A DNA stretch of 64,000 bases from Candidatus Eiseniibacteriota bacterium (GTDB taxonomy: Bacteria; Eisenbacteria; RBG-16-71-46; CAVPCR01): the NCBI GenBank assembly GCA_963702435.1, contig CAVPCR010000001.1, positions 160,001-224,000 on the forward strand, given 5' to 3'. Below the pieces are notes generated by a model. It did not search any database. It had not been told where the DNA came from and saw only the letters and a list, made by a program, of their open reading frames with translations. Below, one piece after another: positions 40,498 through 50,386 of this stretch. A program made the translations under genes and the position numbers. Within the stretch, counting starts at the first letter, position 1. Each line of letters starts with the position of its first letter.

Positions 40498-41084
40498 CTC
40501 GAAGCTCCCCGCTGCACGCGACCCTCGAGTCCGGAGTGCCTCATGTCCCGCGCAGCCAGAATCTGACGCAAAGCGGTAGACGCCTCTGGGGTCGATGTCA
40601 CGAGGTGATCCAAGAACTTCGGTCGCTCGTTGGCCGAGCACGTCGGTCACCTCGAATGACCCGAGTACGTCAGCCTTGCGACGGCAAGCACCGAATACGA
40701 ATGTGGGATCCGACACATCTCCTCCTCTTGGATGTGGGGTAGTTGGGGCCAGAAGTGCTGCGGATGCTCATCTACCCATGCGATCTGGAGCCCCGCCTGG
40801 CACAGAGCGGTGACGACATCGCCCAACGTCCACTGATACTCCCACGCTACCGGCACTGCCTCGCCGGGCGGAGCATGTCGGATGGCCTCTGCCCGCATCT
40901 CGCCCTCGACGACGCGAAAGCCGACGCTGACATCCTCGGACCGATCGCGCTCGCGGATCTTCGCGAGATCGCTCAGTGCGAGCTCACGATACTCGAGCTG
41001 CGACACGGCGCAACCCTCCCGTTGCGTATGCCAGGACTCTGCCGGACGGCGTTGGGCTGAGCCGCATGGCTTGCTACTGAACGT

Positions 41085-41474
41085 TCATCCGACCATGAAG
41101 TCGTAGCCATTGCGGACGGCATGCCACATGACCACAAAGGTGACCACAAGAAGCAGATGCAGCAGGACCAGCTCCCAGGTCCGAGAAGACTTCGAAAGGA
41201 GCACCCTCGCAATGAGCAGAAGCATGGCCGGATAGAGAAGGACAGGAAGGAGCGAAGCGGAAAGACTGGCCGAGCCAAAGAGAGCGGATGCCGACACGCC
41301 GACGATCACGAGGGGCCAGCTGACGGTTGCGATGGCCTGCCAAAGCACCACTTCCAGAACCTGTGCGGGTGGATACCGCCCGAAGGGAGGGATCGCAAGA
41401 GGAAGGACCGTGGATGAGAGGGCGGTGGTTACGGCCAGCGATATGAGGATGGTGATACGGCGCCTTCGAGTCAT
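41085..41474 (-). CDS. Hypothetical membrane protein
   Basis: Four hydrophobic segments. Confidence 0.6.
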   Translation of the reverse strand: MTRRRRITILISLAVTTALSSTVLPLAIPPFGRYPPAQVLEVVLWQAIATVSWPLVIVGVSASALFGSASLSASLLPVLLYPAMLLLIARVLLSKSSRTWELVLLHLLLVVTFVVMWHAVRNGYDFMVG

Positions 41475-41713
41475 CGCAGGACACTACTCCTGTAGAGCAC
41501 CTCAGCGACCATTATGATGCCCCCAACGACTGTCAGGCCAAGCAAGCCAAGGCCCGCTATCATCGGCGCCGTCCTCTGCGCCGCCCCCCCGATGGCCTCC
41601 TGATCAGCCGACGAGCGACGTTCACCCGTCCGGAGATCGTCCTTTCGGGTGCGCCCAACTCGGTTCTGGCGCCGGTTTCCCTTCACCGCGCACCGATGTC
41701 CGGCATCTGTAGG

Positions 41714-42295
41714 CTAGCGTTGAGGAACAATGGAGCCTTCGAAGGTGATCCGCGGGTCATCCACGTTCACGAGTTCATGCAGCTCGTACACATTGTGATA
41801 GCCGTATCCGTAGAGGTTGACATATGTTGGGATGTTAAGTGCCATCATCAGCGGCTTGGCCTGCGCGTTGAACTGGGCGGTTATGGTGCGGCCCGCGCTC
41901 GGTGCGGGCATGGCGACCTTGGATGCGAAATCCGTCTGATTGCCCTCGAAGTTGTTGTTGCAGTAGATCAACACTCTCGTCTCGAAGGAGGGAATGACTG
42001 TCGCCAGATTGTCCTGAGTGAAGTCGGTAAAGCTCAGGTGCTGCGCTCCCTTCACATGAATGCGTTCGTAACGAAACGTCGAGCGAGTATCCAAGATGAC
42101 TGTCCCCGGCTCCTTGCTCATCTTCAGGAACGTGTCAAGGTCGATCAGGCGGCTTGCGCGATGGGTCTCGACCTCGGCAACCAGGTGCTTGAAGTCATCA
42201 AAGCTGACTTTGGCCCTCGGGTAGGTCTGGTCCTGGGCGAAGGCCGCAGCGGCTACAAGCAGAATGCCGGACGCGACGAGTGTCTTCGCGCGCAT
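41714..42295 (-). CDS. Secreted rhodanese-like domain protein
   Basis: VILDTRS...HVKGAQHL, VLIYCNNNF. Confidence 0.75.
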   Translation of the reverse strand: MRAKTLVASGILLVAAAAFAQDQTYPRAKVSFDDFKHLVAEVETHRASRLIDLDTFLKMSKEPGTVILDTRSTFRYERIHVKGAQHLSFTDFTQDNLATVIPSFETRVLIYCNNNFEGNQTDFASKVAMPAPSAGRTITAQFNAQAKPLMMALNIPTYVNLYGYGYHNVYELHELVNVDDPRITFEGSIVPQR

Positions 42296-42743
42296 GATCC
42301 GTCCCTCCAGTAGTGGTCCATACACTCTCAGCCTGCCGAACGTATCGCTCAGCCGTGGCGACGTGGGAGCGCCGGCATCGGATGGAACGAGTTGTTGCGC
42401 AGTACTCGTTCAGTCGAATGACGCAGGCGGGGAGCTTACCGCGTATAGCTTTGCGCCACACACATCATCACCGGCGTCCCGCAGGGTCGGGAGCGCGGGG
42501 GGCGCGGACCAACCCGCCCGAAACCGAGGAAGGGGCTACTCGGCCGCCGCACCCGGAGCCCCCTCAAGAGAACGGGACTGAGGCCAGCCGCTGGCCAGGA
42601 GCGGGGCGCTGGCTCATACTGGGGTTCAGTCGCCGGGGCCTTTGCGGCCGCCCCCCGAAGAGAGGGCCACGCAGGCCCGGGCGCCCCCCCGGCGATGGTA
42701 GAGTACGCGCGCGTGCGCGGCCGAGATATGTGAAGGAGGAGCC

Positions 42744-43220
42744 ATGGTGTCACGTGGCGCGATCCAGGATTTCCTCGCGCAGAAGAACCTTGCTGTCGTC
42801 GGGGTTTCGCGACAGGGCAAGAAGTTCGGAAACGTGGCCTACCGCGAACTCCGAGCCAGAGGCTATCGCCTCTTCGCGCTCCACCCGAGCGCGACCGAGC
42901 TCGAAGGCGACCGCGCGTATCAGAGCTTCGAGGCTTTGCCGGAGTCCGTGGGGGGAGTGCTGATCGTGCTCCCGCCGGCGGAGACCGCACGCATCGTGCG
43001 CATGGCGGCGCACGCCGGGATCGGACGCGTCTGGATGCAGCAGGGCGCGGAGTCGCCTGACGCGATCCGCTTCTGTGCCGAGAACGGAATCGAAGCAGTG
43101 CACGGTCACTGCATTCTCATGTTCGCCGAGCCCGTGCGATCCGTTCACCGCGTCCACCGCTGGATCTGGCAAGTGCTCGGGAAGCTCCCGGGTCCAGTCC
43201 TGACGTGTCATAAGTCCTGA
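42744..43220 (+). CDS. CoA-binding protein (YccU-like)
   Basis: AVVGVSR..KKFG, VWMQQGAES, CILM. Confidence 0.85.
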   Translation: MVSRGAIQDFLAQKNLAVVGVSRQGKKFGNVAYRELRARGYRLFALHPSATELEGDRAYQSFEALPESVGGVLIVLPPAETARIVRMAAHAGIGRVWMQQGAESPDAIRFCAENGIEAVHGHCILMFAEPVRSVHRVHRWIWQVLGKLPGPVLTCHKS

Positions 43221-43270
43221 GGGAGACCTGTAGGTCCCCCCCCAACGCAAGATGCCGCGACCCTCGCGAC

Positions 43271-43364
43271 CCACATCGCTTAAGTTGCGCGGCGCGCCGA
43301 CGAAACGCGCATACGAGAGAAGGAAGTCACTCGCCGGCGCGTCCGCTCGACCGCGAGGTTAGAT
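43271..43364 (-). other. Degenerate attC site
   Basis: R'' ATCTAAC right after the stop, inverted-repeat arms, R' decayed to GATGTGG. Confidence 0.5.
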
Positions 43365-43738
43365 CAGGCCGTGTCTGGCAGCTCGACCAGTTGAAGGCCG
43401 TTCCCGGATGGATCCTGGAAGGTTGCAAGAACTCCGCCCCAGAACTGCTTTTCCGGTGGTCCGGTGAAAGGTACGCCAAGAGCCTGTAGCTCCTTGTGCT
43501 TCGCGGAAGCGTCCTGAACCTTGAACGAGAGGCCGGTGAAGCGCCCGACAAGGGCTCTGTCCTCTTCAGGTGCGTCGTCGGCCACGGCCTCGATGACGAG
43601 GTCTGTGCCTCCGGACCTGAAGACGCAGTAGCCGTACTGAGTCCCATCTGCCTTGATTGGCAAACCCAGGATCTCCACGTAGAAGCGCCTGGCGGCAACG
43701 ATGTCCCGGACGAATACGCGTGCGGCGCTCAGTTCCAT
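43364..43738 (-). CDS. VOC/glyoxalase family protein
   Basis: MELSAARVFV...WGG.LATFQDPSGNGLQLV; paralog of the C-terminal half of 28645-29625. Confidence 0.85.
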   Translation of the reverse strand: MELSAARVFVRDIVAARRFYVEILGLPIKADGTQYGYCVFRSGGTDLVIEAVADDAPEEDRALVGRFTGLSFKVQDASAKHKELQALGVPFTGPPEKQFWGGVLATFQDPSGNGLQLVELPDTA

Positions 43739-43847
43739 TTCGACTCCTTGGCCAGCGGCCAGAGACCGGCCAGATAGCTCTCGGCGGCCCTGAGAGACGT
43801 AGCGAGTCCCTCCTGTGCCTACCGAGTGCGGAAGCGTTCCATCGGCG

Positions 43848-43907
43848 GCCCAACCACCAGCATCAGCGGCGGCGCAAGGCGCCGTCCGCCGCATGGTGCC
43901 GTTAGAC
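43848..43907 (-). other. attC site (60 bp, intron-free relative of the intron 1/2 targets)
   Basis: GTCTAAC GGCACC ATGCGGCGGACGGCGCCTTGCGCCGCCGCTGATGCTGGTG GTTGGGC; the stop codon of the upstream gene lies in R''. Confidence 0.85.
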
Positions 43908-44525
43908 GCGCTCTTCCTTCTCTCCCGCACATCTGCGACCGAAGACGCGCGCCAGCAGCACGCAGACCACGGGAAGCATCACGGCGTATCCAAACACCCC
44001 AATGAGCTGCAGCCGCATGTTGCCCACCGCCGGCCCAACTGCGCCAACGAGGCAGAGCCCGCCGCATAGAACGAGCACCCTGCGAACCAACCGCTCGAGT
44101 CCATCCCTGAAGAACAGCGGAGCGGCGAACAACAGGGCCAGCCCGAGGAAGATGTCCCAGGCCAGGAGTTCCGCGGCGTAGACTCGAGAAGGCCATGCGA
44201 TTCCGCCTCCGCCCGTCTGGCGGGCAGCGGTCAGCTCTACGAAGTGGACCGTACTGGTTACCCCTGCGCAGAGGGTGGCGAACGCAAGAGCAGAGAAGCC
44301 GAAGGTCCTCCTGCTCGGCGACGACCCGTCCTGAATGGAGGCCATCAACGTCACGAGGGGTGCGGCCGACAGGAGCGTCAGGATCTCCATGATGGCAAGC
44401 ACCGGATCGGCGATCGGCTCCCGGAAGCCATGTCGGACGAAACCAGCAGCGAGCGTCAAGAGATAGCCCACGCCTACGCAGACGAGAGTGATCGCTGACC
44501 AGTAACCGACGCGGGAGTTCGTCAT
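43902..44525 (-). CDS. Hypothetical multi-pass membrane protein (cassette gene)
   Basis: About six TM segments; ends in the attC R''. Confidence 0.75.
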   Translation of the reverse strand: MTNSRVGYWSAITLVCVGVGYLLTLAAGFVRHGFREPIADPVLAIMEILTLLSAAPLVTLMASIQDGSSPSRRTFGFSALAFATLCAGVTSTVHFVELTAARQTGGGGIAWPSRVYAAELLAWDIFLGLALLFAAPLFFRDGLERLVRRVLVLCGGLCLVGAVGPAVGNMRLQLIGVFGYAVMLPVVCVLLARVFGRRCAGEKEERV

Positions 44526-44548
44526 GGTCTGTTTGTGGGCTCCAGAGT

Positions 44549-44648
44549 CTCTAAGGCCTCGCCGCTCACCTGCGAGCGGCGCTCACGATCTTCGCGAATC
44601 TGCTCGGCGCGCCGGCGCCGCTCGTCGGCTGCAGCAAGGGAGCTGGGG
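44549..44648 (-). other. Degenerate attC site
   Basis: CCCCAGC...CTGCAGCC GACGAGCGGCG...CGCCGCTCG CAGGTGAG...CTTAGAG; both cores carry one mismatch. Confidence 0.5.
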
Positions 44649-44819
44649 AAGCACCCAGGCGTCGAACTTCAACGCCGACAGCGTCGTGATGTTACGCACC
44701 GCGAAGCTGCCGACGTCGGAGATGCTGGCCGGCTCGCCACCGGGGGGGGTGACGCGCACCTCGCAGTTGTTCGCCGTCGGTCAAGCATGATCGCGATGCA
44801 ACGCTTCCTCGATGAGACA

Positions 44820-44952
44820 GCCCAACGCTGACCTCCGCCGCACCGGGCGGCCGGCTCGCCATCGCGCACCTCGGCCCCGCCCGCGGATGGCTTGCCCGCA
44901 CGCCACCCCCCGGGGCCGCGGCATGCAGCCGCTACCGGCGCAGCCGTTGCGC
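44820..44952 (-). other. Possible degenerate attC site
   Basis: GCGCAAC ... GTTGGGC ends with weak internal symmetry. Confidence 0.3.
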
Positions 44953-44996
44953 CGACTCCAAGGCTCGCATGGCAACACCGCGCGCCCGCCCGGTGA

Positions 44997-45311
44997 TCAC
45001 CGTTCACTGTCTCGCGGAGCCGGGCGCGCCGGCCGCTTTCGGAGCCAGAGCCCGGTCAGGAAGACCACGGCCAGCGTCGGCAACACGATGTAGGCCACGA
45101 TCGGTCCGATATCCGGTCCTGAGCGCAGCGCCCTCACGAAGAAGTCCTGGTCTCTCACGATCCGCTCGACCAGGAAGGCAACGGCCACGAACTCCAGCAT
45201 TCCGACGACGGCGAAGCCAATCCGCGCGCCGAGCGGCTTCCCTGCCGCTGAGGCGCACCAATAGAACCACGCCGCGCAGGCCATGAACACCAAGAAGAAG
45301 TACGGGTGCAT
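44997..45311 (-). CDS. Small hypothetical membrane protein
   Basis: GGGAGG RBS, three hydrophobic segments. Confidence 0.6.
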   Translation of the reverse strand: MHPYFFLVFMACAAWFYWCASAAGKPLGARIGFAVVGMLEFVAVAFLVERIVRDQDFFVRALRSGPDIGPIVAYIVLPTLAVVFLTGLWLRKRPARPAPRDSER

Positions 45312-45415
45312 ATCAGCCTCCCGTGGTTTGCTGCACAGATTGCGGAATCACTTCGCGCAGCCGGCGGTGGATCGGGCGACCATCGCGCACAAGAGCGGTC
45401 GCGGCTCGCCGCCGC

Positions 45416-45759
45416 CTACGGCGGCAACACGCTCCCGCAGAGCTCGATGAACCTGCCAGCACGGAACCGCGCTCCGAGGGTGTGCTCTTCGTCCCAGGCG
45501 CTCGTGTAGCCAAGCTCGGTCGTGAGCACCCCATCGAGCGGCGTGACCGCGACAAACTCGAGCGACACATGCGGCCACACCTCCCCTGGCGCGGCGATCC
45601 TCGGGAGGGTCGCGTCCGATTCCTCGAGCCCACCCGCGGCCAGCGCCTCAGCGCACGGCTCATGGTGCGCGAAGAGGGCCGTCTCGATGGCCGGGCGCCA
45701 TGCTGCGAGCAGGGCTTGAAGAGGCCGAACATCGTCCTTACCTCCATCCAGCCTGGTCG
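45416..45759 (-). pseudogene. Fragment of a conserved hypothetical protein
   Basis: VWPHV...ELGY.SAWDEEH.LG motif; 5' end replaced by a duplicated DUF488 fragment. Confidence 0.4.
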
Positions 45760-45873
45760 CATCAAGCCCGGTCGGTCCCGTGCTCCTGCAACAACGACTT
45801 GAGGACGGAGCGGTGGCAACGCTCCTCGTCGGACCACGCGCCTCATCGTGCTGCATGGGTCCGCGGCGGGCAG

Positions 45874-46092
45874 TTACACCAAGGTTGCACCTTGCGCCGC
45901 CCCGGGCCGGGCCACAGCATTGATCCGCTGCACCGTTGCGCCGTCCAGTCGAATTGCCGAGGCCTTCGCGTTCTCATCGACTCGTTCCGGGCGACGGGTA
46001 CCTGGGATTGGAACAACGTCTGGTCCCTGATGCAGAAGCCAGGCCAGCGCCAACTGCGCCGGAGTAACCCCCAACTCCCTTGCGATGTCCAT
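45874..46092 (-). pseudogene. Aldo/keto reductase C-terminal fragment
   Basis: TPAQLALAWLLHQG..VVPIPGTRR.ERVDEN; only 72 aa. Confidence 0.7.
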
Positions 46093-46163
46093 GAATTACC
46101 CGGCTCCCGCTTCTCAATCATGACCAACGTCCCCTTGTCGACGGTTCGATTGACTACCTGGAA

Positions 46164-46556
46164 TCAGGCTCCACTGGGTGCTGCGACTTCAATCTTGATT
46201 CGATCCGGATCTTCGCAGTACATTGCATAGTAGGTGGGGCCGCCGGCATAGGGGTACTCTGATTCGTACAGAGTCGTGTAGCCGTTCGCCTTTACCCACG
46301 AAGCGATCTCATCTACATGGGCACGCGAATCGGCCTGAAAGGCGAGGTGGTTCAGTCCAACTCGCTTGCGATGGTAGCCTGCTGCAAGGTGCTCGCGGGG
46401 TGCCGGCAGGAAACAGAAATAGGCATGGCCTTCCTTGATGAAGTTCATGCCGCCCGACCAGCGGTCGGCTCTATAGCCGAGCTTCGCCATGAAGGGCGAC
46501 CAGAAGGCAACGGACCTCTCGAGGTCGCCCACATAGATCTCGACGTGGTGCAGCAA
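46164..46556 (-). CDS. VOC/glyoxalase family protein
   Basis: LHHVEIYV.DLERS..FW, GLNHLAF, YCEDPDRIKIEV. Confidence 0.88.
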   Translation of the reverse strand: MLHHVEIYVGDLERSVAFWSPFMAKLGYRADRWSGGMNFIKEGHAYFCFLPAPREHLAAGYHRKRVGLNHLAFQADSRAHVDEIASWVKANGYTTLYESEYPYAGGPTYYAMYCEDPDRIKIEVAAPSGA

Positions 46557-46686
46557 GTTTGGCTCCTATCTGAACGCAGTTGGCGGGATTTCTGGCGCAG
46601 AGTCGAGGGCGTGCGCCGCGGCGGCGGACCGCGGAGCTGGCCGCCTGCTTGATCGCGGTGCCTGGCCTGGGCGCACCACTCGCGCC

Positions 46687-47097
46687 TCAGAGGAAGAGAC
46701 CAACACAGCTGACGCCTACCCCCAGAGGAATGAGAATACCCGAAAGGCGCATGAGCTCCCGATTCGACGTCCGGAAATCGCTGCCCCGCGCTTCGCTGGC
46801 CTCGCGATCGAGCGCCCGCCGTGCTGCGGGAACTGCGTGTGCCAACGCGTTGCCAATGATCATGGCGAGGGGGCACCAGGCAAAGAGGAGTCCGGTCGCG
46901 ATCAGAACGCCACCGATCGATTCGGGCAACACGACGAACTGGGCATGCGGGTGGATGATGCGATAGATGTGCCCCATGACGCTGGCCGAGAGCCACCAAC
47001 CTGCGAACCACGGAACGACCGCGGCGGGGATCAAGAGAAGATTCCACCGGCTCTTCCGTCCTCTTGCTCGCCCACGCGCCTGGTTCCAGTAGTTCAT
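46687..47097 (-). CDS. Hypothetical membrane protein (paralog of 36797-37213); first gene after NusG paralog 2
   Basis: WNLLLIP...ARRALDRE motif. Confidence 0.7.
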   Translation of the reverse strand: MNYWNQARGRARGRKSRWNLLLIPAAVVPWFAGWWLSASVMGHIYRIIHPHAQFVVLPESIGGVLIATGLLFAWCPLAMIIGNALAHAVPAARRALDREASEARGSDFRTSNRELMRLSGILIPLGVGVSCVGLFL

Positions 47098-47344
47098 TCT
47101 CTGCGCCTGTCGCCCCAGCACCCGTGTCGTGGGCAGGGGCCGCGAAAGGGACCCCAGCCGATCGAATGGCCTGTTCGTTAGACTACCGAGAGGTCATGCG
47201 CGGTTCGCGCCCCGCAGGCCGCGCTTCGCCCCGTCGCCGGCGCGCGCCGGCTACGGGACACTCCTTCCTCACCGCCTCACGGGACGCTGGCCACACCGGC
47301 CTCGAGCCGCGGCGAGCGGCGGCTGCGAGCACCGGCGGTACCGC

Positions 47345-48193
47345 TCAGACCGCCCCGCCGAGACTCTCTCCGGCGTCTCCGACGTCTCCGACGACTCCGA
47401 CGACTCGCCCGCGGCGAACGCGCCACGGCCGCCGCCCGCCATACGGAACGCTCTCCGCCCGAACCCCCGGCGCGCCGACGAGCGCCACCGCGCTCGCGTC
47501 GACTTCCACCCCCGCCCCGAACCGGAGGAGCGACACGTTCAGGACCAGGCGCACCCGACGCCGCTTGACCCAGGCGACCCGGCCGAGGACCCCCGCGAGC
47601 TCTCCGCGGACCACCCGCACGAGCATCCCGCGCTCGAGCGCGGGACCCGCCAAGAGATCGACGCCCGCCGCGATCGCCGTCCGGATCTGTCGGAGCTCAT
47701 CCAACAGCGATGCCGGATCCGGGACCGGGATGAGGCGGGCGATCGCTCCACTCTCGAAGAGGAGCGCACGCGCCCGGGGGTCGAGCGAGGCGAACACGTA
47801 ACCCGGAATGAGCGGCACGGTGGCGGGGCGGCGCGAGGAGTGACCGCGCCCCCCACGTCCGGGCTCTTTCTCGCACAGAGGGAGATAGTGGCGGACACCC
47901 AGGCAATCGCAGACCCGGGCCGCCTTCTTTTCCGAGCGGGAGCGCGTGTGGAGCACGATCCACCGCTCGCCGGGTAGTGCGGGGTCGAGGAGATCGGGGG
48001 GGTCGAGGGGCGGGGGTTCAGCGAGGTCAGCCGGTGCCGGCGATCCCGCGGGATCGCGGTGCTCGACCGCGGGCGCCGCGGTCTCCGCTCCCGGCAGGAG
48101 AAGAGCCCCCGCCTCGCTCGTCGCCGGCGCGGCCCCGGTTGGTATCGATCTCTGGCGCGTCATCGGCGGCGCGGGGGCGGGCTCCATCCCCAC
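47345..48193 (-). CDS. NusG-paralog transcription antiterminator, copy 2
   Basis: WIVLHTRSRSEKKAA...HYLPL...PLIPGYVF; KOW GMLVRVVRGELAGVLGRV; homologous to copy 1 including flanks. Confidence 0.85.
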   Translation of the reverse strand: MGMEPAPAPPMTRQRSIPTGAAPATSEAGALLLPGAETAAPAVEHRDPAGSPAPADLAEPPPLDPPDLLDPALPGERWIVLHTRSRSEKKAARVCDCLGVRHYLPLCEKEPGRGGRGHSSRRPATVPLIPGYVFASLDPRARALLFESGAIARLIPVPDPASLLDELRQIRTAIAAGVDLLAGPALERGMLVRVVRGELAGVLGRVAWVKRRRVRLVLNVSLLRFGAGVEVDASAVALVGAPGVRAESVPYGGRRPWRVRRGRVVGVVGDVGDAGESLGGAV

Positions 48194-48517
48194 CTCGATC
48201 GGGCTCGTCTACCATCCTCTGTGGGAGCTTGGACTTCTACCTGGAACCAATCGCTAACGTAACAAACGGATTGGGGTTCCGCAAGCAACTGCCCGTCGCT
48301 TCCCCCTTCGGTGTCAAACGTTGCCCCAGCCCGGCAGCGCGGCCGCCTGCTGCACCCACCTCGCCATCCGGGCCTCGTCGAGATCGTACTCGTGGATGTC
48401 GACCCAGCGCGCGTCCCGGCCCCTTCCCCCGGGCGGTACGGGTCGGCGTCCGATGTCGCGTTTCCATCCGGGCATGTGTCGGGACGTCCCGCCTGGCCCG
48501 CGGGCGGGACCGGTTGG

Positions 48518-48841
48518 TCATGACCCGACCGTTCGCTTGCGAATGAACTCCCCGACATGGGCGCCGGCCAGGGCGAACGGAATCGCGAGGAGAGCGCCGG
48601 TCCCTCCGGGGAGTTCTGCCGCCAGAATGGGGACCACCACGAGCGCTGTCGCCAACCACGGAGGGATTCGAGCAAGCGAGCCCGCTGCCGCCGCGATCGC
48701 GAGCGCTCCCGCAGTCATCCCCGTGTCATCCCATCCCGGTCGGGTGTCGACCCAGGCGATGGCCAGGCCAGCCGCGAGAATCACTGCGGACTTGAGCACC
48801 ACCCACCGGGATCGCAACCGCGCCGGGTGCGCGGGCGCCAT
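48518..48841 (-). CDS. Small membrane protein
   Basis: AIAWVDTRPGWDDTGMTAG with hydrophobic segments. Confidence 0.55.
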   Translation of the reverse strand: MAPAHPARLRSRWVVLKSAVILAAGLAIAWVDTRPGWDDTGMTAGALAIAAAAGSLARIPPWLATALVVVPILAAELPGGTGALLAIPFALAGAHVGEFIRKRTVGS

Positions 48842-48889
48842 CCGCAGTTCCTCCTCCTGCGTGCTGCCGGGGACTCTGCTCTCGTTCAC

Positions 48890-49153
48890 ATGGTCCTCCA
48901 TGCTCCAGGACCGCGTGCCGCTACCGCCCGCATCGATCTCCACCGGCATCCGGCCCGGATGCCGCGTCTCGAGCGGCCACCGGCCGTGGCCATCGCGCTT
49001 CGATCCGACCAGGGCGATCGCCTCGGCCACGCGACCGTCGGGGGCGACGTCTCGCATGGCTTGCCAGCGGATCGCTGGATCGGCATCGAGCAGCCATCCG
49101 ACAACCGATTCCTCCGCCCTCGGCCCTTGTTGCTCAGGCGAGTTCGTTGTCAT
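48890..49153 (-). pseudogene. Internally deleted remnant of a prenyltransferase/squalene-cyclase-like conserved protein
   Basis: N-terminal WLLDADPAIRWQAMRD joined directly to C-terminal SKRDGHGRWPLE.RHPG. Confidence 0.45.
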
Positions 49154-49204
49154 CCGTTGGTTCTTGCCCCGGGCGGGGACGGCGATCGCCTCATTATCCC
49201 CTGG

Positions 49205-49561
49205 CTATCCAGTGCCCGCGTTCTCGGCCGGGCCCTCCCTGCGCCAGCCTCGTGATCCGTCGCGTCGACGGAACTCCGTTTCCTCCAGGAAGAAGCCCCG
49301 GGGAAAGACGAGGCCGCTCTTCACGGCCAGGTCGTACACGCGCGCCTCGGCTATCCCCTGATCCTCGAGCCAGTCCCTCCAGCGAGGCACCGCATAGGAC
49401 CACCAGAGCCACGCCGGGATCGTGCCTACGACGAGCCCGAGGAGGACCCCGGCGACCTTGCCGGTGACACCCCACCCGAGGAGCGCCGCGAGGACCATGA
49501 CGCCGAGGGCCGGCACGCTCACTCTCCGGTGGCCCGTCCACACCGCCTGGTCAGGTGTCAT
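49205..49561 (-). CDS. Hypothetical membrane protein
   Basis: Two TM segments, WLWWSY.VPRWR.W...GL.FP.G.F.E.TE. Confidence 0.6.
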   Translation of the reverse strand: MTPDQAVWTGHRRVSVPALGVMVLAALLGWGVTGKVAGVLLGLVVGTIPAWLWWSYAVPRWRDWLEDQGIAEARVYDLAVKSGLVFPRGFFLEETEFRRRDGSRGWRREGPAENAGTG

Positions 49562-50202
49562 GGCACCCGCGTCCCGCCGCCAGCTGGCGGTTGTAGCCGC
49601 TTCATCGAAGTGACCCTTGGACTCGGCGTTGAGCCCCTCCGCGTCAAAGGTCCACTCCTCGCAGCCGCCGAGGGGAAAGCCCTCGCCTTGGCGGCGTTGA
49701 ACTCCGCCGACCCGCCCCGGGGGATGCTCTGGGTCCGCCACGATTCCCCCGCGAGATGCATGGCCAGGAACACGATCTGCCCGGCATGCCATGCGTAGTG
49801 GGCGAGCTGGCGGTCGATCGCTGCGAAGACGGTGTGGGGTTCCGCGCGAATCAGGACCGTCCGCTCGAGGTCCGCGTCGGTCAGGGTCGAGAGCGCCCGG
49901 AACAGCGAGGACCAGCCCGCCTCCCAGCGCGTGAGGAGAGCGTCCCGGGCGAGGCCCGCCGGATCCTCGAACTCAGTGTCCCGCTCGCGGTCCGGCTTCT
50001 CGCCGTCCGTGGTCAGGAAGTCTGTCCAGCGTGAGCGCATGTTGCCCGAGAGATGGAGGAGCAAGGTGACGATGCTGTTCGATCCGGGGTCGAGCCGGCG
50101 CCCCCAGTGGTCTTCCGGCACCTGCGCGATCGCGCGGTCGCACTGCTCCCGGAGCTCGCGAAAGCGCGCGATCACATCGGTGAGATACGCGTCGCCGTTC
50201 AT
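49558..50202 (-). CDS. DinB-like DUF1572 protein
   Basis: HLSGNMRSRWTDFLTTDGEKPDRERD.EF, HYAWHAGQI, SIPRGGS; 3' end may be chimeric. Confidence 0.8.
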   Translation of the reverse strand: MNGDAYLTDVIARFRELREQCDRAIAQVPEDHWGRRLDPGSNSIVTLLLHLSGNMRSRWTDFLTTDGEKPDRERDTEFEDPAGLARDALLTRWEAGWSSLFRALSTLTDADLERTVLIRAEPHTVFAAIDRQLAHYAWHAGQIVFLAMHLAGESWRTQSIPRGGSAEFNAAKARAFPSAAARSGPLTRRGSTPSPRVTSMKRLQPPAGGGTRVP

Positions 50203-50386
50203 GGGCAACCTCCAACCGGGGCGGCGGCGCCCGGCTGACTGACCACCGTCGAGAAAAGCATGGCAAGATCTCCCGCTACGGGACCCAGCCGGGCAGTGCG
50301 GCCGACCTCATGACTGATCCCCATCCAAGAACGCGACCCCCCAGCGCTTCCGGGGGTTGTCGAAGTCATATTCGTAGTCGCAGCGG

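Noticed and set aside
47113..47183. Functional att site at the head of the second array (GTCTAAC...GCTGGGG)
   Set aside because: The arms pair poorly and the GTT core is mutated; at most a relic.
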